Positions 28,113 to 41,085 of a stretch of 64,000 nucleotides of DNA are shown here, one piece after another; the stretch's first letter is position 1, and each line of letters starts with the position of its first letter. A model generated the notes under the pieces. It worked only from the letters and a program-made list of their open reading frames with translations, was not told the DNA's origin and made no database searches. Where the stretch lies: contig MU054187.1 in assembly GCA_013239625.1 (NCBI GenBank), positions 11,429,231 to 11,493,230 on the forward strand, read 5' to 3'. Position numbers and translations under genes: made by a program. This stretch comes from Lama guanicoe (taxonomy: Eukaryota).

Positions 28113-31100
28113 AAGAATATAGAACGATATCTTAATACATCTGAGAAATATACTCAGTTCAAAATGTGGAAATCATAATAATCACCCAGTGGCTCCCTCT
28201 GGGAAAGGGAAGCAACCACAGCTCTGTCATCATCTGATAGGCATTTTACATGGAATATTTTATACGAAAACTCTTATATAAAATAGGTATTATGCCCATT
28301 TTAAATATGAGGTTCAGATGGGAAAGTAACTTGACCAAATCACACGGTGAGAAGGGCGACAGGGCTGCGTTCAAAGCAAGACCTGTGTGATTCAAAGCTC
28401 GCAGTCTCCCCACTAAGTACTAATTACTGTACTTAAGGCAGGTTGCAGCCAGGGAACGTGCCTGCCCGAGGACTGGACAGCCGTCCTTCCAGGTCCATTA
28501 TAATAGTTCTGCTCTGGAGTCACATACGGAGTGCATCCTTTCCTCAGAGCTCCGAAAACGCCCAACGGTTTATCCTCATGACATATCCTTGAGGCCAGGA
28601 TGAGCAAGTATTAGTTTACCAGATGTGGACTCTGGAAGAACAAAGAGATTGTGCAGTTTTCTCCAGGCCATAGAGTTAGCAGCAAAAGAAAATGAAAATT
28701 GAGGTCTTCAGATCCCTAACCCAATACTTATCTCCATTAAAAATGGCTGCCTCTCACCAAGTCTACACCAGGTCAGGTTCTTTAAATAAAAAGCTGTGTG
28801 TGTGAAAAAATGTAAAAAATAACAATAATAGCAGCTGCCCTCGTCGAGTATCTGCCAGGTGCGAGTCCTTCCTGTGTGTCACCTCTAACGCTCATGGCCC
28901 TGCAGACACATAGATTGCATGGCTGACTTGCTCCACGGCCCGTGGTCATGTGATAAAGCTGATATTCAAATCCTGGCTTTTCTAACCTGGAAGCCCAGAC
29001 TTTTTCCACTACGCCACATCAACATGGGCATGAAATGCCTTTCCCAAGTCCCAGGCAGAATTAGGCGGTACTCACTACTACAGAATCCTACTCCAGCAGA
29101 TGAATTATGGTAGCACTTTGGGTTATTGTGATGATTAAATGGATAACGTTTTATATCCAGTACTTGGGATCAGCTACGAGTTCAGTAGGTGAGGATAATG
29201 TGACATACCTCATTAGGTTTGATTCCACCGGAACAGCTGCACACATGAATCCTTGTTCCAAGATAGCCAGCTTTCTCCTCTTCATCCGGTGTTATTTACC
29301 GTAAGTTATATATAATCCATCAGAACCGTAATTACTAAACAGAGTGATTCCATGCCGAGCTAACCACAGGGAAGGATTCAGGGGTAAGAGGCTTGGCCCT
29401 TGGTCCTGAATCCCAAGTTTCAGTGTAGTTGGAAAGGCTAAGATGCAATGATAATAACTTCTGAGTTACTGAAATGGTTTTATCTAGCACCTCGCCTGCA
29501 GTAGATGTGCAGAAATACTTGTGGAATGAATGTGTGCTAAATTACCAGCCAGAGACTAATATGTCAGGGAGGCAGGAGGAGGATTGAGATGTTGTCCCAG
29601 AAAGCAGGAAAGGAATTTGCAGGAGTGAGTGGTCAGGGAAGACGGGGAGAATTGTGTTTGGCCATTAGCTGATTTACCGACAAACTCCAAGAGCACAGAT
29701 AAGAGCAAGGCAGTGTGACATCCACCTGTATTTCAGCCAGCGCTCTTGTGGAGCAAAGCCCCTTTCTGAGGCTGACTCTACCTCCCATTAGCCTCACCTG
29801 AGCTCATGCTTTTATCCAGCTCTTCTGCAATGCAAAATTATGTCATTATGTGAAGCACGTAAATGGCTTGCAGCGCATTTCAGAGCAATTCTTTTAAAAA
29901 TTCTCCTTCTTCGCCTTCCTTTATAAACCCTCTAAGTAAGATGACCATTTTAGTTCCCGCTGTTTCAAGGTTTTATTGCTCAGCTGTAAAAATTGTCATG
30001 ATATCGAACACTAAAATGACTGTGGCAAATGTGTGGTAATTACATTGCATTAAAATTCCTGGTATCCTTGCCACTAAGAAGATTTTCAAAGCCTCTAGCT
30101 AATTAGTCAACCTAATAAGATCTAGGACTTGTTGAGAGAGTCCGTGGTACAGGAAATGGCATTTTTGTCAGTGACTCCTGTCTTATACAAGAATGTGTGT
30201 GGGTGGATGTCTATATGTAGAATCTGTGGGTACATATGTGTGCATGTATATAGGCATGTATACATGTATGTATATGTGACTTTGTATGATACATCCATCA
30301 TTCATGCCAGGGACAGTGCCTGACCTTTGCTGTGGTTAAATTCGACTCTTCAGTAAAGAAAGAGCCTTTTCCTTCATCCCTGGTCGATAGCACATCACCA
30401 AGGAGTTTGGCTTATGGGAAGGTGCAGACGGTGCTCCCAACAGGCTAAATCACTGAAAATTCTGCCTGCATTTTTGTGTTCTACGGGAATCTACTTGTAT
30501 CCTCTGTTCTTCCAGGCCAAAAAAAAAAAGAGAGATTTTTTTTTTTAATGCAGTGTGGTTATAAAACTAAGGAAGGTTTTCAGTGTAGTTGTGTGCTTTA
30601 AAGTTTAGTATTTGTACTAAAGTTGATATAAATTGGAACATAGAGAGACATAAGGCTATTATTCTTCGAGAATAAAGTTAGATACGTTTTTCTGCCTGGT
30701 AGAAAACAGAGCACTTCTTAGGCTTCTGCTTGGCTGTGGATGGAGAATCCGCTGACCGCTTCTTTTGCTCCTGCAGACATTAAGGCGTCCACTCTTAGGT
30801 TCTGGATGCTTGAGGCAGCATTCCAGGGGGGTGGCTATGTCTCCAGCCATTTGGATTTAAGACAGGTTGAGATACTCAAGCACCGCTGGTTGCCACACCT
30901 TTCAGAGCTATGAAATGTTATCATTTCTTTTGGGAACACTTTTCACCAGCAAGAATTCTATGTGGCATTTAATTATTTCTTAACAGAGTTGCATTTGTGT
31001 TTCTGAAATTTTTTTGGAGTATTTCATGGCACCTCCTCAAGCAAACTGGACGCATCTCGGAGCCCTGGTCACTGGCCTCCGGGTTAAGTGGCTGACCCGT

Positions 31101-31459
31101 GGAGCAGGCCACATGCGGTTCTCAGCTGAGAGTGTACGAAGACTAAGCCTGTCAGTTGTCAACTAACTGTGGAGAGACAGTGCGGAGGACTGGTCACTCT
31201 TAAATAGAGCGCACAGTCCTGCCAGCAGAGCAGGGCTGGAAGTGTTCATCTGTTCAAATGGAGTCATTTTCTGACCCGGTTACATCAGTACGTTTCCAGA
31301 CACAGATTTGTTTTCATGCTCACACCCAAAAATACATCCCTCCCTTTCACAGACTCATCCATCTGAGCTACTTTGACCTAAATACAACCCCTGTGTCCTC
31401 CTTGTGGGATCCAGCTGCAGAGAGATCCAGTAACCAGCTGTGAATCTAAAACGTGGTCC

Positions 31460-32183
31460 TTTTTTTTTAACTTTTATTTTTTATTGAGATATAGTTGATT
31501 TATAATGTTAGTTTCAGGTGTACAGCAAAGCAATGCAAATATATATATGTATATATGTATGTATATATATACACACACACACACATTTATTTTCAGATTC
31601 TTTTTTTTAACATTTTTTATTGATTTATAATCATTTTACAATGTTGTGTCAAATTCCAGTGTTCAGCACAATTTTTCAGTCATTCGTGGACATATACACA
31701 CTCACTGTCACATTTTTTTCTCTCTGATTTATCATAACATTGTGTGTATATTTCCCTGTGCTATACAGTGTAATCTTGTTTATCTATTCTACAATTTTGA
31801 AATCCCAGTCTATCCCTTCCCACCCTCTACCCCCCTGGTAACCACAAGTCTGTATTCTCTGTCCATGAGTCTATTTCTGTCCTGTATTTATGCTTTGTTT
31901 TTGTTTGTTTGTTTGTTCAGATTCTTTTCCATTATAGCTTCTTACAAGAAATTGAATATGGTTCCCTGTGCTGTACAGTAGGTCCTTGTTGTTTATCTCT
32001 TTTATATACAGTAGTTTGGATCTGGTAACCCCAAACTCCTAAGATCTCCCTCCCATCCCCTTACCCTTTGGTAAATATAGTTTGTTTTCTATGTCCATGA
32101 ATCTATTTCTGGTTTGTAAATAAAATCTGTATTTTTTTTTTAGATTTCACATGTAGGTGATATCATATGGTATTTGCCTTTCT
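31460..32183 (-). mobile_element. L1 3' fragment interrupted by a younger L1 and a (TA)n(CA)n tract
   Basis: The outer L1 sequence resumes at 31929, after the nested insertion. Confidence 0.75.
31605..31915 (-). mobile_element. Young 5'-truncated L1 nested in the older L1
   Basis: Perfect 13-bp TSD ttcagattctttt at 31592-31604 and 31916-31928. Confidence 0.82.
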
Positions 32184-33090
32184 TAAAGCAGTGGTTCTTA
32201 ACCCAGCTACACATTAGAATCACCAGAGTAGCTTCAGACAAATCCCAGTGTCCACCCTCATGTGAGAACCGCTGATCGGATGGAACTCCCTTATCAAGCC
32301 AAATTCACTTTTTTGTTGTTGTCATTTTGGTTTTTAGTTAAATCACCTCGCATATAGTTAGCCCTCAGATGATTCTTGCCTGTGCTACGTTTTCATGGCT
32401 TTGTGACTAGGCAGTGAGCTGCCTTCTCTCTTCAGCTCCTGTTTCTCTGGATGGAGAGGTGAACATTCAAGACATTCCGGCCAAGCCACCAAAGAAGGTT
32501 GTATCCGGAAATAATTCAATAGCACCAAGAGTGTATAGGGGCCAAAGTGAAATTACAAACAAATTCTGTACACCAGGGATTTGGGAACAGAGGCAGCTGT
32601 GATAATTCACTGTCTCCTGAAAGCGTGTGACTCCATGAAGAGAAAACGAACTCAGCATCGTGTCCACAGTGAAGGGTCGCACACCATTGTGTACACGAGT
32701 ATCATCTGTCTATTGAGCAAGTCATCTGGGACCCCTGGCCAAACTACCTTGCATTAGGATACTTCAAAATCAAGAGGCTTCCCCAAAGTGTACAGAACAG
32801 GTGCGATGAGGGCATATGTGAGATCATTTTACATGGTGCCTGAAAGAACAGCTTTTATTTATTATTTATTTACTTATTCTAATGTGTATTGGAAAGTATA
32901 TAACTGGCACAACAATATAATTTTACAAGTATTATTACTTTGGCCACAGTTTAGAAATGTATCCAGTTAAAGTATCAATAAATAATTGTACCCAGGTGAC
33001 ATACACGGAAGGGAAAGAAAGCTTGCTGACACTACATTGTATGCTGTTCTAACAACCACGACCGACTTAAAATGAAGATCATTTATTCTT

Positions 33091-33149
33091 TTATTTTTTT
33101 AAACATTTTTTATTGCGTTATAGTCATTTTACAATGTTGTGTCAAATTC
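33091..33149 (-). mobile_element. 59-bp extremely truncated L1 3' tip
   Basis: Closely matches the start of 31605-31660; 17-bp TSD gaag(a/g)tcatttattctt at 33074-33090 and 33150-33166. Confidence 0.82.
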
Positions 33150-34046
33150 GAAGGTCATTTATTCTTATCCTAATGTTTGCCAAATTGCCATCTTAGGGAG
33201 GGAGAAAAGGGAAAATAAGAAGTAAAAGGAGGTTTGATCAGGTCTTTAAGGCGGATATAGCGGAGCGCATGAACTGCTCCCCAGGCGAAGCGCTGTTACC
33301 TGAGCCAGGTGTGATACCCATGGAACAGGCTGGGGGCACGGAGCCCGGTGCTGTTCACACTCACCCGGGAGTATGCCTGCGGTATCTGTACTAACACTGG
33401 AAGGTGGAGGGCCAGCTCCCCACGCACGTGTGTCTTGGGAAGGTGATGGTTCCTCTCCAGCCAGCAGCTCGCTCCCTGGGGGCGCGGTGTTTGCCGAAAG
33501 CCAAGGCAAAGCCGGCCTGGCACGGCTGCTCCTGTCCGGGGTGCAGGGGAGCTGGCTGGCCCGGGATGGGCTCCGATTAACCTCAGCGCTGCCCTCCTCC
33601 TGTGCCGCTCTTCCCTGGCTCACGTTAGAAATTCAAGGGCAGAGAACAAAGCAGCCGAGTTTGTTTTTTCCAGAGATGGGGAATCTGGGGAAAACAGCCT
33701 TGACGGCCGTGATCTGTGCCTTGGTGAGTTAAGAAAGGGCTTTTCCGTATTTCATTCAAGACTCTTGTTTAGTCTGTACGCTGAAGCTTTATCTGTCAGT
33801 TTTGGGCTCTGGTGTCGTGGGGGGGAGTTCTGATTTCCCGTGACTTCGTGGTCATCTGCATTCGCCTGCAGTGAAGGAGGTGACTAAGAGAACGGGGAGT
33901 CGCCTCATTCCAGGGTCACTTAAAAGCGGGCCCTTTTCCTTCGGCTCTCTTGAACGGTGTTGCCTGTGTCCTAAAAGCCATAGCGTCAGTCCTTAATCAG
34001 AAACACCTGGCTCGGATGTAACCCGCTCTCATGGTGGCTTTTGCAG

Positions 34047-34254
34047 AAGTGGCAGTGCGTCGAGGACACGTCCGGCAAGCTCCGGATTCACAAGTGCAAG
34101 GGGTCCGGCGACCTGCTCGCAGTCCGGCAGAGCACACGGAACCTCTTCTCTAGCTTCCACGACAAAGAGTGCAATTGTGGGGAGCCCGGTTATCGCACCG
34201 GCAGGAGCCAGAGGAAGAGTCAGAGGCAGTTCCTGAGGAGCCAGGGGACCCCGA
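34047..34254 (+). CDS. SULF1: SULF1 coding exon 8 (208 bp): [19 protein letters not shown]...[14 protein letters not shown]
   Basis: Acceptor ttgcag, donor gtaagc; hydrophilic-domain sequence. Confidence 0.95.
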
Positions 34255-34920
34255 GTAAGCCAGACCCCGGGACCCTCACGGTGGCCGGCTGAGGCCTTCG
34301 GGAATGGACGTTAGGGAAACAAAAAATGCCTTGGTCCACCTACGTCTTAGATGTTATCAGTGTCCAGTGTTTAGGGCTAAAAGCAAATAATTATTCTGTT
34401 TAAAATATGAAAGCTAAGATGCTTTGAAAGTTTGCTCTGTGACTCTTAAGCATAGAATGAAAAATGCAGTAAAAACACCAGACGCAAAACATACACATAC
34501 TTATGAAAAAGAAAGAACAAAATATCCAAGATTTCAGTGCTTGTGCGTTTAATAGGAAAAGCATAAATACTTTTTCAAAAGGCCTGTCAGTTTTAGGACA
34601 ACGTATTTTTCTGATTCCTCTTGTTGTCCGACAAGGTGAACCCAGCTGAGTTCCGTGTGAAAAGCACTGCCTAGCATTTTCCTTATAGAAACTATCAGGC
34701 AGCTATCAGATTCCTATGATTACAGAGGGGAAAACCCACAAGCTGCACCTTCCATAAAAAAATGAGTCTAGTGCCATCTCGTGGCTTAATGTAAAAAGTA
34801 ACATTTCTGTGATGATGCTTTTCTGTACTGGTTTGGAAAGCAAGAAACATTAAGATAAATTCTATCAAATCAAGAAATCAAATCATTCAGTAGAACAGTG
34901 GAAGCCCTTAGAACAGGATT

Positions 34921-35200
34921 TTTTTCTTATTGAAGAGTAGTCAATTACAACGTATCAGTCTCTGGTGTCATAATGTCCCAGTCATGCACACACATACATA
35001 TATTCATTTTCATCAAAGGTTATTACAAGATATTGAATATAGTTTCCTGTGCTATTAAGAAGAAATTTGTTTTTTTATCTATTTTTGTATACAGTAAATA
35101 TTTGCAAATCTCGAACTCCCAAATTCATCCCTTCCCATTCCCGTTACCACCCCCACACCCCTGCCCGAGTAACCACAAGATTGCTTACTTTATCTGAGTC
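34921..35200 (-). mobile_element. L1 3' end fragment
   Basis: Same family as 767-987; degenerate TSD agaaca..gxttttt at 34910 and 35201. Confidence 0.72.
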
Positions 35201-36728
35201 AGAACAAGGTTTTTTACCCTTGACTCCACAGATGAACGTTATAGGCTCATGAGCCCCCTAGCATTTTATCCAGATTTCTAAGTATATTCTGTGTGTATAA
35301 GAACATGTTTCTGGATGTCCATAACTTTCTAACAAATTCTTAAAGGAATTCATAACCCAAGAGGCTGAGAAGTATTGACTTGGGAGATTCTCCTTCTTCC
35401 CTGAGAGAAAATGCCGGGTAACCATTCACACAAAGATTTCACCAGGGCCCCCAACACTCTCCCTTAGCAGAAGCGGATCCCCAGTGTCCGGCTTGGAGGC
35501 GGGGCAGCCTCTTCGCTCCCAGGAAGTTCTGTGTCGCTTCCCTGGCACTGACCATCACGCACACTGGTTTTCGTGTTGAGCACAAACTGAAGCCATCTGG
35601 GGACATATTCGAGAACAGGAGCGGGCACACCTCTTTTCTGAAGTGATGGAACTGGTGAGCAGGCTGAGTGATGCCGCACACAGAGGCGTCTCCTCTCGGA
35701 GGAGGATCCCTCAGAGAGCACAACGGTTCTGATTCTGCGGCCAGCGTGCCCCCCTCCGTCCTGCATTAGCAGCAGGCAGGCCACGGGAGGCGGCTGTGCC
35801 CCCGCAGAGCCGGAGTGCACCGGATCAGCAGGGGGCACTGTTTGCCCCCTGAAAGCTCGTATCAGGCCCACAGCGAGCCTGGCAGTGGCCTGTGGTGACC
35901 AGAAAACATGTTGGCCTCTCCCTGGCTTTATACTCCATCTGCTGGGGATTTTGTCAGTTGGCTAATCCAGCATTTGCAAAATTTAATTTTTCGTAGAGCA
36001 GCCTTCTGTTATTTGTGCAAACAGAAGGTGGCTGGGGCGTTTACCTTTTCAAAAAAGCAGCCCAGTGTAGTGGGAAGGCTTTGTAATCTTTGAAATCTGA
36101 TAGACTGTAGTCGTAGCTCCCACTGCTCTTGGCTGCGTGCCATTGCAAAATATACGTAAAATTCAAAGCTTCAGTTTTGGGGGTTTTTTTATCATAATAT
36201 AAAGATAACACCAAGTTCACGAGCCTGTTTTGGTGATCTGATAAATTGTTAATGTAAGGGTTTGTTATAGTAATCCCAGTCTTTCGTGGTTGTGCATTAG
36301 AGATAAATACAAGGTGAATGTATGTAACAAAAGCTCAATAAATTATAGTCAATACTATTATTAATAGTTTTATCCAAACAAGCCGCCTTGCAGTTCACAT
36401 TGAAAACAACAGAGAAGTTCACAGCCTGCCCTAAGTGGAGAGGGTCTTAGCATCACCCAGACCTAGCCCCTCATTTAAGGGGTGAAGGGCCTGAGGCCCA
36501 CAGAAACATACCGTCCATCACACAGCTCTGTGCGGGCAAAGCCAGGACCAGAGCCTGCCTCTCCCGGCAGGAATCCCGTTGAACTGGCCACTGCGCCATG
36601 TGTGCCCCTCAGCAACGCCGTGTGTACTGCTCGCCCCTTCCCAAAATGCTCACCCAGCCAGGGGACCATTCCTTCCCTCCGAAGCTGTACCTGGACACCC
36701 GCATTAATGCGTCTCCCCTTGTTTCCAG

Positions 36729-36972
36729 AGTACAAGCCCCGGTTCGTCCATACTCGGCAGACGCGTTCCTTGTCGGTCGAACTTGAAGGCGAGATATATG
36801 ACATAAACCTGGAGGAAGAAGACTTGCAAGTGCTGCGGCCGAGAAGCCTGGCCAAGCGTCACGATGACAGTCCCCAGGGCCCGGGGGGCCGCCAGGCCAC
36901 CGGCGGGGCCGCGATGCCCACGGACGGCGGCAATGCCGTGGGCCTGCCCGCCACCGTCCGAGTGACACACAA
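36729..36972 (+). CDS. SULF1: SULF1 coding exon 9 (244 bp): [31 protein letters not shown]...LAKRH...TVRVTH
   Basis: Acceptor ttccag, donor gtagga; includes the furin-type sites RQTR and AKR. Confidence 0.95.
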
Positions 36973-38211
36973 GTAGGAAGGCCTCGTGTTCAGAGGGTTA
37001 TGTTCAAAGCCGCCCCTCCACATTGTCACGATGTGGCCCCTTTACAGAAAGGCAGCGGGACAGCGTCCCAGGGCTGGCCGAGGGGGTAACTGGGGGTTAA
37101 AGGAGCAACAGAGAGTCCAACAGAAGTGGGTTTAGAGTGTGCTTTGGGTCAGTTTCACGTGACGGCCGATCAGCCGGGCATTTAGCCAGAGAGATGCCGT
37201 CACATCTTGACTTCGCAGGCGTGGAGTTCTGCCCTGAAGCAGGTACCTTTGTGGGGTCTAGAAAACACGTGGAGACCATCACGGGGACTGGAAAGGCTCT
37301 CTGTGCTGCCTGGTCACTCTGGCTCCCAGCAGTCACACAGTCACGGCCTCAGAAATGAAACACAGCCCCAGGGAGGACTGTGGCACCTGGAGAAGCTTCC
37401 AGAAAGATGGCGTAGGTTGGGTATGGTTGTGAGATGCAGAAACACCTCACCTTCCAGATCCCGGAGAGCACAGAGGGCCCTGGGAGTCACAGAGACGGGG
37501 GCAGGGGGAAGGTGATTCTCTCAGCTTTCTCAGAACGGACTACCCTGGTTCTCAAGTTCCATCCAAAATTTATGTGCTCTCTCGGTAGAGAAGTATTTTC
37601 TTTCTGAATTTGTTAGCAAGATCTTTGTTTTCTCTTCAATTTCATCACTTTAGGGAGGAGGGCTCTGTGAACTCTGCCAGGACTTTTATCTTTGGGACGG
37701 GTCTCCCGGTGCCTGCATCCGTTATGGTTACACGCTAAAAGACGTACAGCAGGATTTCTCTTCAGTATTGACTGACCACTCCCATCCCACCTGCTGTCCA
37801 TCCCTGGGCTGCTTCTCTGCTCCAAACTTAATGGGGCAGACTCTTTGTAACAAAATGAGTGGGATGAATACCCCGCTTCTCATCCTGTATTTCTTCCCAT
37901 CAGCCATTTCCATGACAGCTGTGAAAAGCTCATTTTCTTCCTACATTCTTTGGAGGGGCTTTCAAAACTGGAGTTTGGGGTGATCTTTGTTCCTAGGGAC
38001 ATGACTGTCGAATGTTGCCTCGACCTTTGCCTTGACTCCCTCTGACACCATCCTCTGTCCTCACCAGTAGCCGGGAAACATTCCCACTTAATCCGGTCTG
38101 AGGCTCAGCTCCAAGTTACTGCTCGCATCCAAGTTAAGCATTTAGAGGACAGTGAAGTTCCCTTTGCTATTTCTTACCTTCTTTAGTATTAGAATATAAA
38201 CCTGTTTCTAA

Positions 38212-38394
<183 letters not shown>

Positions 38395-38776
38395 TGACTG
38401 GTGGGACGTACTGTGTGTACGCTCAGCATTTTCCATAATTATGTGAAACATAGAATAACAGAGTATCTTTCTCCAGTGACACACTGATAGTTCTGACTGA
38501 AAACAAAACAGAGGGTGAAAAAAGCCTCACCTTTTAAAATCTCTGTGAGCAAAACTATTCAATTAGAAAAGAGACAGCTGTTCACATTTATTGTAACACA
38601 TTGGTTGAAATGTGGAGGTAGACTTAGTCTATGGCCAGCCTGTTTCCCAGTTAGTTAACATCTCAGATGAGTAGCTGTAATTATGGACCACGGAAAGTAA
38701 GGTGAAAAGAAAGGTACCTCCTCGTATAGGGAAATGTTAACCTTAAAATGTAATTGTTCACATGCGTGTTTTCCAG

Positions 38777-38871
38777 ATTGAAGCTTTGCAAGACAAAATT
38801 AAGAATTTGCGGGAAGTGAGGGGCCATCTAAAGAGAAGGAAGCCTGAGGAGTGTGGCTGCAGCAAACAGAG
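38777..38871 (+). CDS. SULF1: SULF1 coding exon 11 (95 bp): [31 protein letters not shown]
   Basis: Translated by hand; coiled-coil-like segment. Acceptor ttccag, donor gtgagc. Confidence 0.96.
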
Positions 38872-39070
38872 GTGAGCGTGTGAGCGTCCCGCCGCCTCCT
38901 TCCAAACCCATCCTCACGCCACAGCGATTCGCTTAGCACTGGGCTTGTGCAATAGAAGGCTTAACAAGTTGAACTCACTTTCGCTCAGTGTTACGATCTA
39001 AACCATTTAGGTCAAATATGTCATAAACCCAAGCAGGAGATAAAAATAAAAGCCCATTAAGCTAAGATAG

Positions 39071-39250
<180 letters not shown>

Positions 39251-39974
39251 TAAGGAAGTGTTTGCCACATTCGTGGGGAGGGAAGGACTTGGACCCGGGA
39301 CGCTTAGGAAAGGCTGCCGGGACTCCTGGGTTCCAAGGGGTGCTGCCTGGGGAACGCAGATGCAGCTGGGAGGGCATGAAGTGGAAAACAAGCCCACACC
39401 TTGCCAGGGGACCAGGGCGATGTGTTTGGAATCGTGGCGGGGGTGGGGGTGTGTCACGCGGAGCTGTGCTCTGATTCTGGGTGTGCTCTCTGCCGACGTA
39501 GGGACTGGAGACTGGATTGTACTGCAGGCCCTGCTCCCTGTGGACAGTGACTAGGAGGTGTGAACTCCCTGAACTAGGTCCGTGTGTTCTGTAGGTCCAC
39601 CTGCAACCGTGCTGAATTCTGAATGTTGGGAGTAGACACCATTTTTAAATAACAGTAGAATTTGCACATGAAGGGGATTTAGGATTTGAGCCTCAATAAA
39701 ATTTGAGCCCTTTATGGTAAAGGCAAGATACTTATAAAAAAATTTTTTTTTCATTCTTCCTAAGCCATATTTTGTAGGATTTGTCAAGAGAAATATTCTA
39801 AATTCAAGTCGTCTAACCCAACCAGCCATCGACTTCAGGGCCGATAGGTACTGAGCTGCCAGGAAGTTAAGCCCTTTGCCCATCGAGCGTGGCTAGCAGG
39901 GTCCACTGATGCCCATCAACCTGTATTTCCATCAATACTTGCATGTCAGCAGATCCACAGAACTATGCGTAGCA

Positions 39975-40150
39975 CAGAGAAACAACAGGGTCCTACTGTA
40001 AAGCACAGGGAACTATATTCAACAGCTTGTAACGACCTATAATGGAGAAGAATCTGAAAAAGAATAGAGATATATATGTGTGTATAACTGAATCACTTTG
40101 CTGTACACATGGAACATAGTAAATCAACTGTACTTAAAGGGGAAAAAAAA
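39975..40150 (+). mobile_element. L1 3' end fragment
   Basis: aaacaacagggtcctactgtaaagcacagggaac...actgaatcactttgctgtacac with an A tail. Confidence 0.78.
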
Positions 40151-40353
40151 AGTCAGTGTTTTTTGCATGTCAGTAAGGAGGAAAATGTTGATCCTGTGAC
40201 CACCCAGTCAAATTCTAAGAGCGTTGTCACTTAATGAGCTTGTCTTCACTATCCCCGACTGCATTTTGAGGCCCTCTGAAAGATTAAGACCATTTATTGT
40301 TGTGTATCGATTACCTCTGCCTATATATGTGTGAGAGATTCAGAGCAACGGTC

Positions 40354-40555
40354 CTTTTTTTTTTTTAATTGAAGTAGAGTCGGTGCACAACGTTGTGTTA
40401 GCTTCTGGTGTACAGCATAGTGGCTCAGTCATACATATTTGCTCCTTTTCACATTCTTTTTCCTTCTAGGCCGTTACAAGGTCCCTGTGCTACACAGCAG
40501 GACCTTGCTGTTCATCTATTTTATATACAGTCGTTAGTATCTATGAACCCCAAGT
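40354..40555 (-). mobile_element. L1 3' end fragment
   Basis: Poly-T, then aattgaagtagag...ccctgtgctacacagcaggaccttg. Confidence 0.78.
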
Positions 40556-40615
40556 CCTGTATTTCATGGAGAAAGGAACTTTCTGATCATTAAAACATCC
40601 CTTCTGTTGGAACAG

Positions 40616-40788
40616 AGAAGCCGCTCAAGAAGTCGACAGCAAACTGCAGCTTTTCAAGGAGAACCGCAGGAGGAAGAAAGAGAGGAAGGAGAGGAAGCGG
40701 CAGCGGAAAGGCGAGGAGTGCAGCCTCCCCGGCCTCACCTGCTTCACGCACGACAACAACCACTGGCAGACGGCCCCGTTCTGGAACC
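40616..40788 (+). CDS. SULF1: SULF1 coding exon 13 (173 bp): [57 protein letters not shown]
   Basis: Basic cluster at the end of the hydrophilic domain. Acceptor aacag, donor gtgagt. Confidence 0.96.
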
Positions 40789-40960
40789 GTGAGTGGCCCC
40801 AGATCCCAGCGCCGCTCCCTGCGCAGCAGCCCACGCACTGTGACTTAGCTAGGAATTCAGCAGCCCCTAACCAGGAGTCTAGAAAGATTCCAGAGGAAAG
40901 CATCATGTCATTTCCTATACTGACAACTAGAATCATTTTGCCCAAAATTACCTTTGTTTT

Positions 40961-41085
40961 AAAAAAATTTTTGGAAAGACGGGGGTAATTAGGTTTATTT
41001 ATTTAATGAAGGGACTGGGGATTGAACCCGGGACCTCATGCATGCTAGGCACGTGCTCTACCACTGAGCTATAATCACCACCCCC
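40961..41085 (-). mobile_element. tRNA-derived SINE (Vic-1-like)
   Basis: ggggattgaacccgggacctc...ctctaccactgagctata; degenerate ~20-bp TSD (cccaaaattacctttg / cccaagttactttttg). Confidence 0.85.

Noticed and set aside
30062..30070. GTATCCTT U12-type donor-like motif
   Set aside because: No associated exon or U12 branch site; the SULF1 introns here are GT-AG with U2-type donors.
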